From NCBI GenBank assembly GCA_000004985.1, contig GG738848.1: a stretch of DNA of 64,000 nucleotides, one strand, 5' to 3'. This document shows, in pieces, positions 1 to 10,678 of the stretch. The position numbers and the translations under genes are program-made. Source of the DNA: Naegleria gruberi (lineage: Eukaryota). The notes under the pieces were generated by a model. It was given only the letters and a program-made list of their open reading frames with translations. It was not told the DNA's origin and searched no databases. Position 1 is the first letter of the stretch, and the number at the start of each line of letters is the position of its first letter.

Positions 1-1853
1 AAATTAAAGTAACTCTTTTATAACGTGATTCTAATAATTTCAAAGCTCTTAAATCTCTTTTTAAAATATCAAAATAATCTATATTTGTATAATTACCATT
101 TATATCCAATCCAATTTGATTATTTAAACGTTGTGAATTTAAAATTTGTTTTACAATTTGTAAATGAATTCTAGTAGCAACAATAATATAAGTTATCATA
201 TTAGGTGGAAATAATGAAAATGCATCAACTTGTGTACAATATGTTATTTTTAATGCACTTTCTTCAATCATTTGTTTACCACAATTAACTTTAGATAATA
301 TTCCAATTCTTAATCCATTTACAATTATTGTAAATGATGTATCACATAAATTATATCCACGTGTTTGAATAAATTCTTTAGGTACTGTTTCACGAAGTGA
401 TTTATGAGCTGTACCTGAAATTGCTTCAGCTGCACGTAATTGTTTTGTAAAATTTTGACTTGTAATGTCTATTTTATATTAAATATTATTGTAATGTTAT
501 AATAGTAGTATTGTAATGTTATAATAATAATAATATTAAATATATTAAATGTAAAAAATAAATAACAAACCTTCTCCAAATATTAAAAAATTCCATTCAT
601 TTGGTAAAATTTTACCAGTTGCCATATAAAACATGTGTGGTAATTCCTTTAACATACTTGAAATATCAAAATCAGTTGAATGTTGTGCAGCATATTCATT
701 ATTACATAAAAAACTGACAAAAATTCTAATTTTTGCCAAAGTAATTTCATCTTGATTTAAATTAGCATCACCTCCCTTTTCAGAAAAGTAAAAATTAGAA
801 TTATGTAAATAATATCTTGCATTTCTATATCTTCCATTTGAAGATTCAAATAATGCTAAATAAACATATGTACATGCAACATAAAAATTTGTATGAAAAT
901 CAAATATTTTTGATAATAAATTTCTTGATTTGTTTGCACTCTTTTCAGATAATTCTGTAAATCCACATCTTTGTTCACATAATGCTTGAATTGAATAAAA
1001 TAAACATGTAATTTCCTTTTCATTTTCTAAATTTCCATTAATAGAATTATTATTAGTAGTAGCATTTAAAATAACATCTTCTAATAATTGACGTTTAATA
1101 ATTGGATTTCCATAACAAATGACAAGAAAATATAAATCAATAACATTTCTTTTAGATAAATGATTATTATTAATTTGATTATTATTTAAACTATTTAAAA
1201 GTGGATTATTAAGTAAATTTGTATTAATATTTTGATTAATTAATTGAATATTATTTATATTACTAATATTATTATTTAATTCCATATTCTTTTTCTTATT
1301 AACTGGTTCTGAATATTTACATTCAATTCCTTTTAATTGACATTGTGAACATGATGGTAATTGTTTTGAACACTTTTATATTGTTATTGATATTAATATG
1401 TTGATGATAATATATTAATATGTTGGAATACAGATGATATACATTTTGATGTTGGACATGTTGATGATGATGAAAATATTTAAATGATGAATGTTCATTT
1501 ATGAAATGATGAGAGGAGTTAAAATGCATTAATTATTATTATTAAATACCAACCTTTTTATGAAGCCTTTTACAATTTAAACAACTAATTGGATGATATT
1601 GAATTGTTTCTTCTTCCTCTTCATTACTATGACTTATATTTCCATTACTACTACTATTATTACTACTACCACCACTTGATGATGATGAGGATGAAGGAGT
1701 TGATAATGGTCCACTATCTTGATGATGAATATTATTATTATTAAATAAATCATCTTCATTAGATGGTGATGGTGATGATGAATTAATGACTACTTGATCA
1801 TTTTGTTGTTGTTGTCTTTGCAGTGTTGATGTGTTGGTGGTAATTTTAGGCAT
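1..1853 (-). CDS. Zn(II)2Cys6 (GAL4-type) binuclear-cluster transcription factor, 3 exons, 3' part runs off the window start
   Basis: The model is exons 1853..1554, 1372..571 and 468..<1 on the minus strand. Introns are 1373..1553 (GTTGGT...AAAG) and 469..570 (GTTTGT...ATAG), and both preserve frame. Splicing joins ISCLNCKRLHKK to CSKQLPSCSQCQLKGIEC, which gives a perfect C-x2-C-x6-C-x6-C-x2-C-x6-C zinc cluster. The downstream exons encode a long N-rich region resembling the fungal-type TF middle domain. The ATG at 1853 follows a long non-coding stretch. Confidence 0.6.
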
Positions 1854-2445
1854 TTTTTAGTGTTGTTGTTTGTTTTTAAATTAGTGTTGGAGAGTTGATG
1901 GAAAGTTGTTGGTGTGGTGTTTGTTGATTGAGAGACTTGGATATTGTTGAAAATTGAAAGTTGTGACAAATAAGCAAAATTATTGTAGTTGAAGGCATTG
2001 TAAAGGGTTCAAATTTTAGTTAGTGCTTCCTCATTTCTTATCATCGCTGTCCATTTACAAAAATAATTCTGTCACAATATCCAATTAGTCAAGATTGAAC
2101 AGTTATTGTGTTGGCTAATGCAAATGATAAAGGTCTAGAAAGACAAACTGTTCGTTGGTCATGTTCAAATCAATTCAGTTAGACGGTTTTTTGATTTATC
2201 TCCCGCTCAAACTGAACGTTTTACAGTTATTTCAAAGTTGAAAAAAAATGTTTGGAATCACATCAATGGGAGCTCCCAATTACTTTCATCAATGTAAGGG
2301 AATTTACGATGAGTTGGAAGTGGATGAAAGCCTTCAAGAAGAAGAAGAAGAAGAAATTGTTGAATATGAAGTATTTAAATTAAGTAACCTCAATCAACAT
2401 TAAGTGCAGAATTACGTTCCATCAATCATAATAATACAACATCTT

Positions 2446-2489
2446 ATAATAATAATAATAGTATCAATAATAATAATAATAATATTAAT
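2446..2489. repeat. (AAT)n microsatellite
   Basis: The sequence is ataataataataatagtatcaataataataataataat. Confidence 0.7.
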
Positions 2490-2969
2490 ATGAATACAAC
2501 AACTAGTACGGGACATACAAGACAACCACAAAGTACAATCGCCAACAAGTACATTTCACCATTATATCTCTCAGCAATATCTAAAAAACCAAACAAGGCT
2601 CCACCTGTAAAGGAAATACCCAAACATAAAGTTGATTCATTCTTACAATCAACTATTGAAGTTAAATCAATAACACATTTAAAAGATCAACAATCTAAAC
2701 ATGTTCGATATAATTTAGATCCTAGAGAGAAGTATAAATATCCAGTTACAAGTAATCAAGAATTTGGTTGGCTCACTTCAACTCCATCAACTACATTAAA
2801 TAAGGAGAATGAAAAATTTGAACAAACTTTTAATAACATGTCGCATTCTACTAGAGAAGCAAAATATAATCAATCTAATGTGAGAGAAAATAGAAAGTTT
2901 AATTTTCCATGCAGTCATACTGATATTGTAAAATATAGAAATAACATGATTTTAAATAATCATTTTTAA
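2490..2969 (+). CDS. hypothetical low-complexity protein (159 aa ORF)
   Basis: This is a single ORF from the ORF track, N/T/S-rich, with no recognisable domain. The reading frame stays open upstream to about 2428, and a 51-codon ORF at 2249..2403 precedes it, so the 5' end of this model is unresolved. Confidence 0.25.
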   Translation: MNTTTSTGHTRQPQSTIANKYISPLYLSAISKKPNKAPPVKEIPKHKVDSFLQSTIEVKSITHLKDQQSKHVRYNLDPREKYKYPVTSNQEFGWLTSTPSTTLNKENEKFEQTFNNMSHSTREAKYNQSNVRENRKFNFPCSHTDIVKYRNNMILNNHF

Positions 2970-3345
2970 ATATAAGTTGAATTAGTAAAATGTAAATAAA
3001 TTGTTTTTAAACAAGTAAAAGAACATGATTCCAAACGTGAATATATAACAAATTAGTATTATAAATTAAGTAAAACATGGAAGAGAACTTTCAGGACCTG
3101 ATTTCACAATCCTTGGAATATGAAATTGTTGGAATTGATTAGTTCCATATCTAGCATTTATTATAGGAATAAGTTTATTTACTACGGCTGGTTGTATTTG
3201 ATTTGACATTGCCACAATCTCTTGACATTGCTCGTCGATTTTCAATCCAGATGGATTTGGTTTTGATCCTTACAGTTAATTTGTTTCTTGGGAGAGAATT
3301 CTAGAAAGAAACGAGAAAGTTTGTTTTGTTGCATTTCAAAAAAAA

Positions 3346-5520
3346 ATGACAACATTTATTATTGCATTAATTTTATTTATTCTACTTTCTACTTGTTTAG
3401 TTTTATATTTGTGGTTTAGACCAGATGAAGATGATGATCATTATATTCCTAATACCAGAAGAACTACTAGAACCACAACTAAAACAAAATCATCAACAGG
3501 ATCATTAAAGTCTTCATCACCAATTAACTCCGATTCAATCATTAAACAAGAAGAAGAAAAACAACAATTAATTAATGATAACAATGATGATGATATTATG
3601 ATTGATGATTTTGTTTATATTAAAAATTCATTCAACAATGGAAAATATAATATTAATAATAGTAATAGTAATAATAATAATACAACAACAATAACAATAT
3701 TTAATAATAGTATTAATAATATTGTAAATTTTAAAAATAGTAAAATGGAAGATTCAAATTTAATATTAAAAAAATTACATTTACGTAATTTAAATAATAT
3801 TGAAAATATTAAATTTGAAACTGATAATATTCCATTAATAGAAACTTTTAAAAATATTGAAAAGTCAACTGGTGATGAAATTAAAAATAACAAATTATTA
3901 ATATTTGAAACTATTATTAGAGGTTATTTAATTAGAAATAGATTTAAAAATATTAATTTATTACATTCCAAAATTAGAAATTATTTATGTAAAAAATATT
4001 TTAATTATAATTTAAATTTAATTAAAAATGTTCAAAGTAAATGTTTTACTAAACATGTTAAAAATAATTTTATAAATCAATTGGAAAATATTAAAAATAT
4101 TCAAAGTGCTTTAAATGGAAATTTAGAAAGAATTAAATTTAATGAAAAAATTGAAAAATCTAAAAATTTAATTTGCAAATTAAAATCAATTAATTTTAAA
4201 AATAATTTAAAAATTGATTTAAATAGAATTATCAACTTGCAATCTATAATTAAAACTTATTTACAAAATAAGAAAAAGAATAATTTAATTAAATCTATTG
4301 AAATGATTCAAAATTATATTAATTGTAACAAAATTAGAAATAATTCTAAAATGGAAATTATAAATATTGAAAATAATTTACCATTTATTATTTCTATATT
4401 TGAATCAAATCAAATTAGAAAAGATTTTAATAATCAAAAATATAAAATTAAAATAATTCAAAATTTATTAAAATCTTTCAAAAATAGAAATGAATTTAAA
4501 TTTAAAATTGAAAATATAAAAATAATTCAAGGATTAATTGAATCTGTCAAAAATAGAAATGAATTTAAACATGAAATTGAAAATACTTTAATTATTCAAT
4601 CAATTATTAGAACATTTTTAGCAAATTCACAAAAATTAGAATTAAATAATAATTTTAATAATTTGATTAAAAATATTAAAATAATTAAAGAATCAAATGA
4701 AATTAGAAATAATTTTAAAAATAATTTAATTAATGTTAAATTGATACAATATTTTTTAAAATCTAAAATTGAAAGAAACAATTTTAATCAAGATTTATTA
4801 AAAATTATAAATTTACAATCTTTAATTCGTAAACATTCCCAAATTAGGGAATATAACAAATCAATTCAAAAAATATTAACATTACAATCTAAAATTAGAA
4901 ACTTTGAATTTAAAAGAGATCATTTTGAAGAAATTGAAACATTTAAAATTCCAAATATGGAATTTGAATTAAATTTTTATTCCAATTATCCTAATATGGA
5001 AATTTACATATTTGCACTATCTAAAATTAAAAAACATTTCGATTGTGAAATTTCCTTAGAAAAAGGTCATAAATTAAAAGGATTTTCAGAAATTAAATTT
5101 AATGGAATTGAAAATGGATTAAAAATTAATTTAAATGAATTTAAATGTGATGAAATTTTTATTTGTACAAAATTTTATTGTAATTTAATGAAAATGAAAA
5201 TTGAAAATCAAGATTTTAAATATATTCCATTTAAGGAACTTTTAAAATTACATTCAAATCATGTTTATATTTATAAAAATGATGAAAATGAATGGAATAT
5301 GAAAATATTAAATTATAATACTAGTAAGAGATTTAATTTAACATCTATTCAATATTATAAACAATTTAAATTATTACAAAATAGTAATAATAATTTAATA
5401 GTTAATAATAGTACTAATACTACTAATACTACCAATGAAACAACATCAGAAGAAGCAACACCAGTAATTGAAAGTGATACTACTACCATCAATCAAGAAG
5501 AAAATACAAATGATGAATAA
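3346..5520 (+). CDS. membrane-anchored multi-IQ-motif (putative calmodulin-binding) protein, 724 aa
   Basis: It is a single long ORF. The N-terminus is a hydrophobic segment, FIIALILFILLSTCLVLYLWF. At least ten IQ-like motifs follow, such as IIRGYLIRNRF, IQNLLKSFKNRNEF, IQGLIESVKNRNEF, IQSIIRTFLANSQ and LQSLIRKHSQIREY. A near-identical direct repeat, aaaaatagaaatgaatttaaa, occurs at about 4483 and 4549. Confidence 0.55.
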   Translation: MTTFIIALILFILLSTCLVLYLWFRPDEDDDHYIPNTRRTTRTTTKTKSSTGSLKSSSPINSDSIIKQEEEKQQLINDNNDDDIMIDDFVYIKNSFNNGKYNINNSNSNNNNTTTITIFNNSINNIVNFKNSKMEDSNLILKKLHLRNLNNIENIKFETDNIPLIETFKNIEKSTGDEIKNNKLLIFETIIRGYLIRNRFKNINLLHSKIRNYLCKKYFNYNLNLIKNVQSKCFTKHVKNNFINQLENIKNIQSALNGNLERIKFNEKIEKSKNLICKLKSINFKNNLKIDLNRIINLQSIIKTYLQNKKKNNLIKSIEMIQNYINCNKIRNNSKMEIINIENNLPFIISIFESNQIRKDFNNQKYKIKIIQNLLKSFKNRNEFKFKIENIKIIQGLIESVKNRNEFKHEIENTLIIQSIIRTFLANSQKLELNNNFNNLIKNIKIIKESNEIRNNFKNNLINVKLIQYFLKSKIERNNFNQDLLKIINLQSLIRKHSQIREYNKSIQKILTLQSKIRNFEFKRDHFEEIETFKIPNMEFELNFYSNYPNMEIYIFALSKIKKHFDCEISLEKGHKLKGFSEIKFNGIENGLKINLNEFKCDEIFICTKFYCNLMKMKIENQDFKYIPFKELLKLHSNHVYIYKNDENEWNMKILNYNTSKRFNLTSIQYYKQFKLLQNSNNNLIVNNSTNTTNTTNETTSEEATPVIESDTTTINQEENTNDE

Positions 5521-5750
5521 AAAGCATTGCTACCAAATAATATTAAGATCATCATGCTGTTGATAAAGGTCAAGGCTTGTTGAAAAATTATTGTGTGTAT
5601 TGGGTTGATGCTTGATCTTAAGAAGTTGACGAGTTTGAAAGACAAGTCATCACCTGTTTGACGAAGGCTTTGAAAAATCAAACTTCTTTCACAATTTTTT
5701 TAATTTTTTTTAAAAAAAACCTTCAAATCTTCATCATTGTACCATAAAAC

Positions 5751-7454
5751 ATGTCCCAACAACAATTGGAAACACTTGTATCTCGTTTGGAAAGTGCCGT
5801 CTCCAAATTGGAACACTTAAAGTTCAGTGGTGCTTCTTCATCATCTGATGATTCTGCTACTGGTGAAGCTCCATCTGTTGGTGCTTTCAAGGAATACTTG
5901 AATACCAATGTTAAGCCTCTCGTTGATACTTGTACTACAATCGGTGCTGAATGTGCTAAGGGTGTAAGTAGTTTGTTATTATTATCAACAGATGTTCTAA
6001 ATAGTAATTTATTATTAATTTGTTAATACATATCATTATTTGAAAATTGATGATAAAATTGATCTTTATTTGATCACTATTTATTATTACAATATGCATC
6101 ATCATCATCATCTCAACTAATATTAAATCTTGATGATCAATAACATGTTAAAAACAATAATAACATCTTATAATAATAGGGTGAATTTATTAACAATGCT
6201 TTCAATGAAATGTTAAAAATCGTCACATTGGCTAGTAATAATAAGAAGCCATCTGATGAAGAATTTGGTAAGATTTTGAGTGGTTTGGCCAAGATTTTGA
6301 AAGATTCTGGAGATTATCGTTTCAAGAATAACAAATCTGAATTCTACAATCACTTGTATTCTATTGAAGAAGGTTTGAAGTGTTTGGTTTGGCCAACAGT
6401 TCCTGCTCCTGTTTCTTATGTTAAGGAAACTGTCAATTCTGCTCAATTCTACAATAATAAGATTTTGATGGGTTATAAGAATACTGATAAGGTTGAATTG
6501 CACAGAGGTTTTGTTAGTCAATTCAAGACTGCTATTGAAGAATTATCTGTCTATGTTAAGGAATATCACATGACTGGTTTATCTTGGAATGCTAAGGCAA
6601 CCACTGTTGCTACTGCTGCTGCTTTGAATGGTCAAGTAGCAACTCCAACTGCTACTCCATCTGTTCCTTCAACTCCATCAGTTGGTGGTGGTGTTCCTCC
6701 TCCTCCATCAAAGATTATTCCAGTTAGTGAAGATTTGATTAAGAGTACTTCTAGTGCTAAGCAAGATTCATCAAGTGGTAGTGCTGGTGCTTTGTTCGCT
6801 GAAATTGCTGCTAGAAAGGATAATGCTAGTGTTGGTTTGAAGCACGTCACTAAGGACATGAAGACTAAGAATCAAACTGATAAGCCACCTGCAATCGTTC
6901 CAGGTTCTACTACTGCTACTCCAAAGTCTGGTGTTGTTGGTGGATCAACTGCTCAAAAGAAGGGTACTCCAAAGTTTGAAAAGGATGGTTCTGGTAAGAA
7001 ATGGCAAGTTGAATGGCAATCAGGTGCTCATGATTTGAAGATTACTGATACTGCTTTGAATCAATCTGTTTACATGTACCAATGTAACGATACTATGCTT
7101 GAAGTTTCTGGTAAGGTCAATAACATTGTTCTTGACAAATGTACAAAGACTTGTCTCATTCTTGACAATGTTGTCAGTGGTATTGAATTGGTCAACTGTA
7201 AGAGTTGTCAAGTTCAAATTAGAGGTGCTGCTCCAATCCTCTCCATTGATAAGACTGATGGTATCATTGTTTACTTGTCTAAGGAAGCTATCAACTGTAG
7301 AGTTGTTTCTGCCAAGTCCTCTGAAATGAACATTTGTGTTCCTGATTTGGATACTGAAGATGATGTAATTGAAATTCCACTCCCAGAACAATTCGTTCAC
7401 ACTTTCGATCCAAAGACCAAGAAGTTCAATACTGATATGATGAAGCACGAATAA
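5751..7454 (+). CDS. cap: adenylyl cyclase-associated protein (CAP/Srv2), 2 exons
   Basis: Exons are 5751..5963 and 6180..7454, with a 216-nt intron GTAAGT...AATAG that is phase 0 and keeps frame. The N-terminus MSQQQLETLVSRLESAVSKLE matches the CAP N-terminal helix. There is a polyproline tract VPPPPSK. The C-terminal CARP/beta-helix region reads WQVEWQSGAHDLKITDTALNQSVYMYQCNDTMLEVSGKVNNIVLDKCTK...SAKSSEMNICVPD. Confidence 0.85.
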
Positions 7455-7456
7455 AT

Positions 7457-10400
7457 TTATTCCATGTCAATTGATTCTCTCAAATAGTCATATAATTTCT
7501 TTGCATTCTCTTTCGATTGCATAATATCACTCAAATCTGAAACACTCATATCTGCCAACTCGTATAAATTCGTAACAGAATTAATAATTCTTGGCATATT
7601 TTCAACTGTTACACCTGGCAGACGAGCAAGAAATTCAATAGCTTGATTAGAGCTTTCATTTTCCTCCACATGCTCACTCGTACCAATAGCCTGAGCTAAA
7701 GAAACATCAGGTTCATAATCTTCCTCATTCTCTTCCATATCATAGTCATTATATTGTAAAACTTGATGTTTCATCATGTAGAAGAATTTACCAGTTGCTG
7801 CTGGTGTTCTTGAATAAGCAATTTTCAATTTTGGAAAATGGAGTGCTGTTAAGACAAGTTTTGTCATTATTGATTTTTCTTCAATTTTACCATCCTCATA
7901 TGAATAAAATCCAGAGTAAGGATCAGGTAACACAAATGCTTCATCTTGTTCAAATTGAATTAAAAGAACAGCATGTTTGTAATATTTGATCATTTTCTCT
8001 GATTGTTGAAATAATCGTCCCGAATTTAAACTTTGCCACAAATCTGTTGTGCTCTTTCTTTCTACACAACAATGTTTTGATACAATATAATCTCCCACCG
8101 ATATTTGAATTGGAATTACTTTATATCCACTAGAGTTCAATAAAGATGGTAAAGTAGATCTAAATTCTCTTGCATCAATAACAATCTTGGATTTGTTTGA
8201 GTCATTACTTGGTGCAGATGGATTCAATGCAAAATTAAATTCACTAAAATTAACTTGTTGTGAATTACTAATTGCCATATTACCACCTGCTCTTCTTGTA
8301 TCTGAAAATGCTTTTGGTACTAATTTTGAACTTTCCGATTGAATGACTCTTTCTCTTAAATAAATATCTGAAATTAAGGTTTCAATTGTTGGTACTGTTA
8401 AACGTCCATAAGAAACAATTAATTTCTTAAATGCTTCCTTTTCTCTTTCAACTGTTGCTTGATATTGTTTATATTCTACACTATTTCTATCATATGATAA
8501 TAAATAGACATGAAGTGGTATGTATGGATATTTACATTGATAATGTTCAATTCTTCTAATAAATGATAAATCATTTTCATATAAAATTACAAAAGATGGC
8601 ATTAAATCATCTAATATTGTACTTGTATCATATAGTGAATGAATTAAAAGTTGCATTTCTTTTGGTTCATTCAATTTTTTAACAACCTTATCTGGAATTA
8701 TTTCAAAATATTCATCAATTGGATGTTTTTTTAGATTCATAATCACATCATTATCAAGATCATGATTGGAATTATCATCATTGCTATCTACTGATGGAGG
8801 TGGTTTAAAATCTTCAAATTTTTCATCCTCATCTTCGTTTTGAACTTTTTCATCATCACTATCAATTTCATAAACAAGAATTGATTCTTCCAATTTACTC
8901 TTTTCAATTTCCTCTTGATTTTCTTCAAAATTTGAAACATGTTGACTTAATAAATCCAATTCACTATTTTGTAATGATTTTCTTTTAACTCCCTTCTTTT
9001 TCTTTGATTCTCCAAGTTTTTCTTCTTTCTGTTTATCAATTTTTCGTTGTTGTTTCCTAATTTGTGGACCAATTAATTTATGAATTAATCTATTTAATAG
9101 AGTTTTACCACCTAATTCTAAGTAAGTTCTTATTTGTGAACAAGTTTTTTCATTAGAAGCTAAAATTAAAACTCTTCCATTAATATTTGGATTGTTATTA
9201 TTTTGAATAGTTTCATATATACTTTCAATAGTATTTTCTAATTGTTTCCATTTTGGATTTTCTTCTAAATGAAATTGAATGGAATCAACTGATACATATG
9301 GATCTATTGTTCTATTACTTTCCATTTGAGTTAGAGTTTTTTGTTTTTTTAGAGGTGATTTAACCTTATTTGATGAAACTGTATATATTCTATCTTTGGC
9401 ATATTGATAAATATCAGATGCAGTATCAGTTGTTAACCATGTTGAAGATGGTATTCCACTTTTACCATCTGATAATCTTAATGTTTCTAAATAATCATAA
9501 AATGTAACACAATCATAATTTAACAAGTAAAATAGTAAACTTCTCATTACTTTTAAATCTTCAATATGTTTCTTTGATTGGTGTCCAATTCTATTCCAAA
9601 TTGGTTTTAATTGATGTGTTATAATTTTATGAAAACTCTTAAAATAACAATCTTCTATTTTAATTTCACTCAAATCCAACTGAATATATGATTCAATGGT
9701 TAATATTTTCAATTATTTCATATTAATAACATACAGATGGATTATTCTTTTTTAAAGAATTAATTGCAGTTGTAATAATATCAATAATAGCATTTTCAAT
9801 TAATCTCATTTTTTGTGACATGGGTACAATAATTTCCTTTACAATTGGTTGATATTTCATTAGAGATTGTGAAACTTCCAAATCAAAACGTGGTTTAAAT
9901 TCAACTCTATCAATAAATAATAATCTCATTAATTGTTCCATTCTTGAAAAACCTTTTGTTAATTCTTCAGCATTTTCAGTAAAAGCTTTAACAAAAGCAT
10001 CCATTGAATTTGATAATCTAAAAACACGTAATATAAATGATTCAGTTGATTTATCAGTAATTTCATGTGCATTTAACACTACAATTCCACTAACATGTTT
10101 AATTGGTACTTTATCATTCAATAAATCAACAATTAAAATTCTACTCGTAATAAATAAACATCCACCTTGATTATATAATTCAACTCTTTCATTAATTGTA
10201 AAAGTTGATGTAATTGATTTTGGTAAATTTTCAATTTTAATTAAACCACTCTCTAATAATAATTGTTTAATTAATTCTTCTTCATAGGGTTTAGAATTAA
10301 TAATTAAAACTAATTGTGATGGATCACAAAATTTCCTAAGAAAATGTGTTATCATAATTTCAATTCCTAATCCTTTAGCCATTAATAAAAGTAAATTCTT

Positions 10401-10592
10401 ATTCTCCTCTGAAAATAATTTTAATAATAAATTACTTTGATAATTATTTAATATATTTATAGAATTAATAGAATTAGTAAATCGTTTTTGATTATTGCTT
10501 GTTGTATCATTGTTGGGTGTTATTTGTTCAATAATTAAATTATTCCGATCCATTGATGGTGATGAAATGGAACGGTTGTTTGATTGTTGCAT
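7457..10592 (-). CDS. ERCC4: XPF/ERCC4 (Rad1) structure-specific endonuclease, 2 exons
   Basis: Exons are 10592..9735 and 9679..7457, with a 55-nt intron GTATGT...TTCAG at 9680..9734. The N-terminal helicase-like region (FITSRILIVDLLNDKVPIKHVSGIVVLNAHEI...AFVKAFTENAEEL) aligns with XPF. The ERCC4 nuclease motif is present as KIVIDAREFRSTLPSLL...GDYIVSKHCCVERKSTTDLWQSLNSGRLFQQSEKMIKYYKHAVLLIQF. A C-terminal HhH-like tail follows. Confidence 0.8.
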
Positions 10593-10678
10593 TTTTTTTT
10601 GAGTTCGATCAAGTGCTGGAATTGAAGATGGTGAAGTACATTGCTTCCAACTGAGTAGAGTGAATAATTATTTGTTGT

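Noticed and set aside
3615-3893. Antisense ORFs nested inside long genes (for example 3615..3893, 4596..4781, 6213..6521, 7020..7448, 11661..11945, 16569..16814, 46614..46922)
   Set aside because: Their products are low-complexity L/I/F/K-rich translations of AT-rich antisense strands. They lie entirely inside well-supported coding regions and carry no independent signals.
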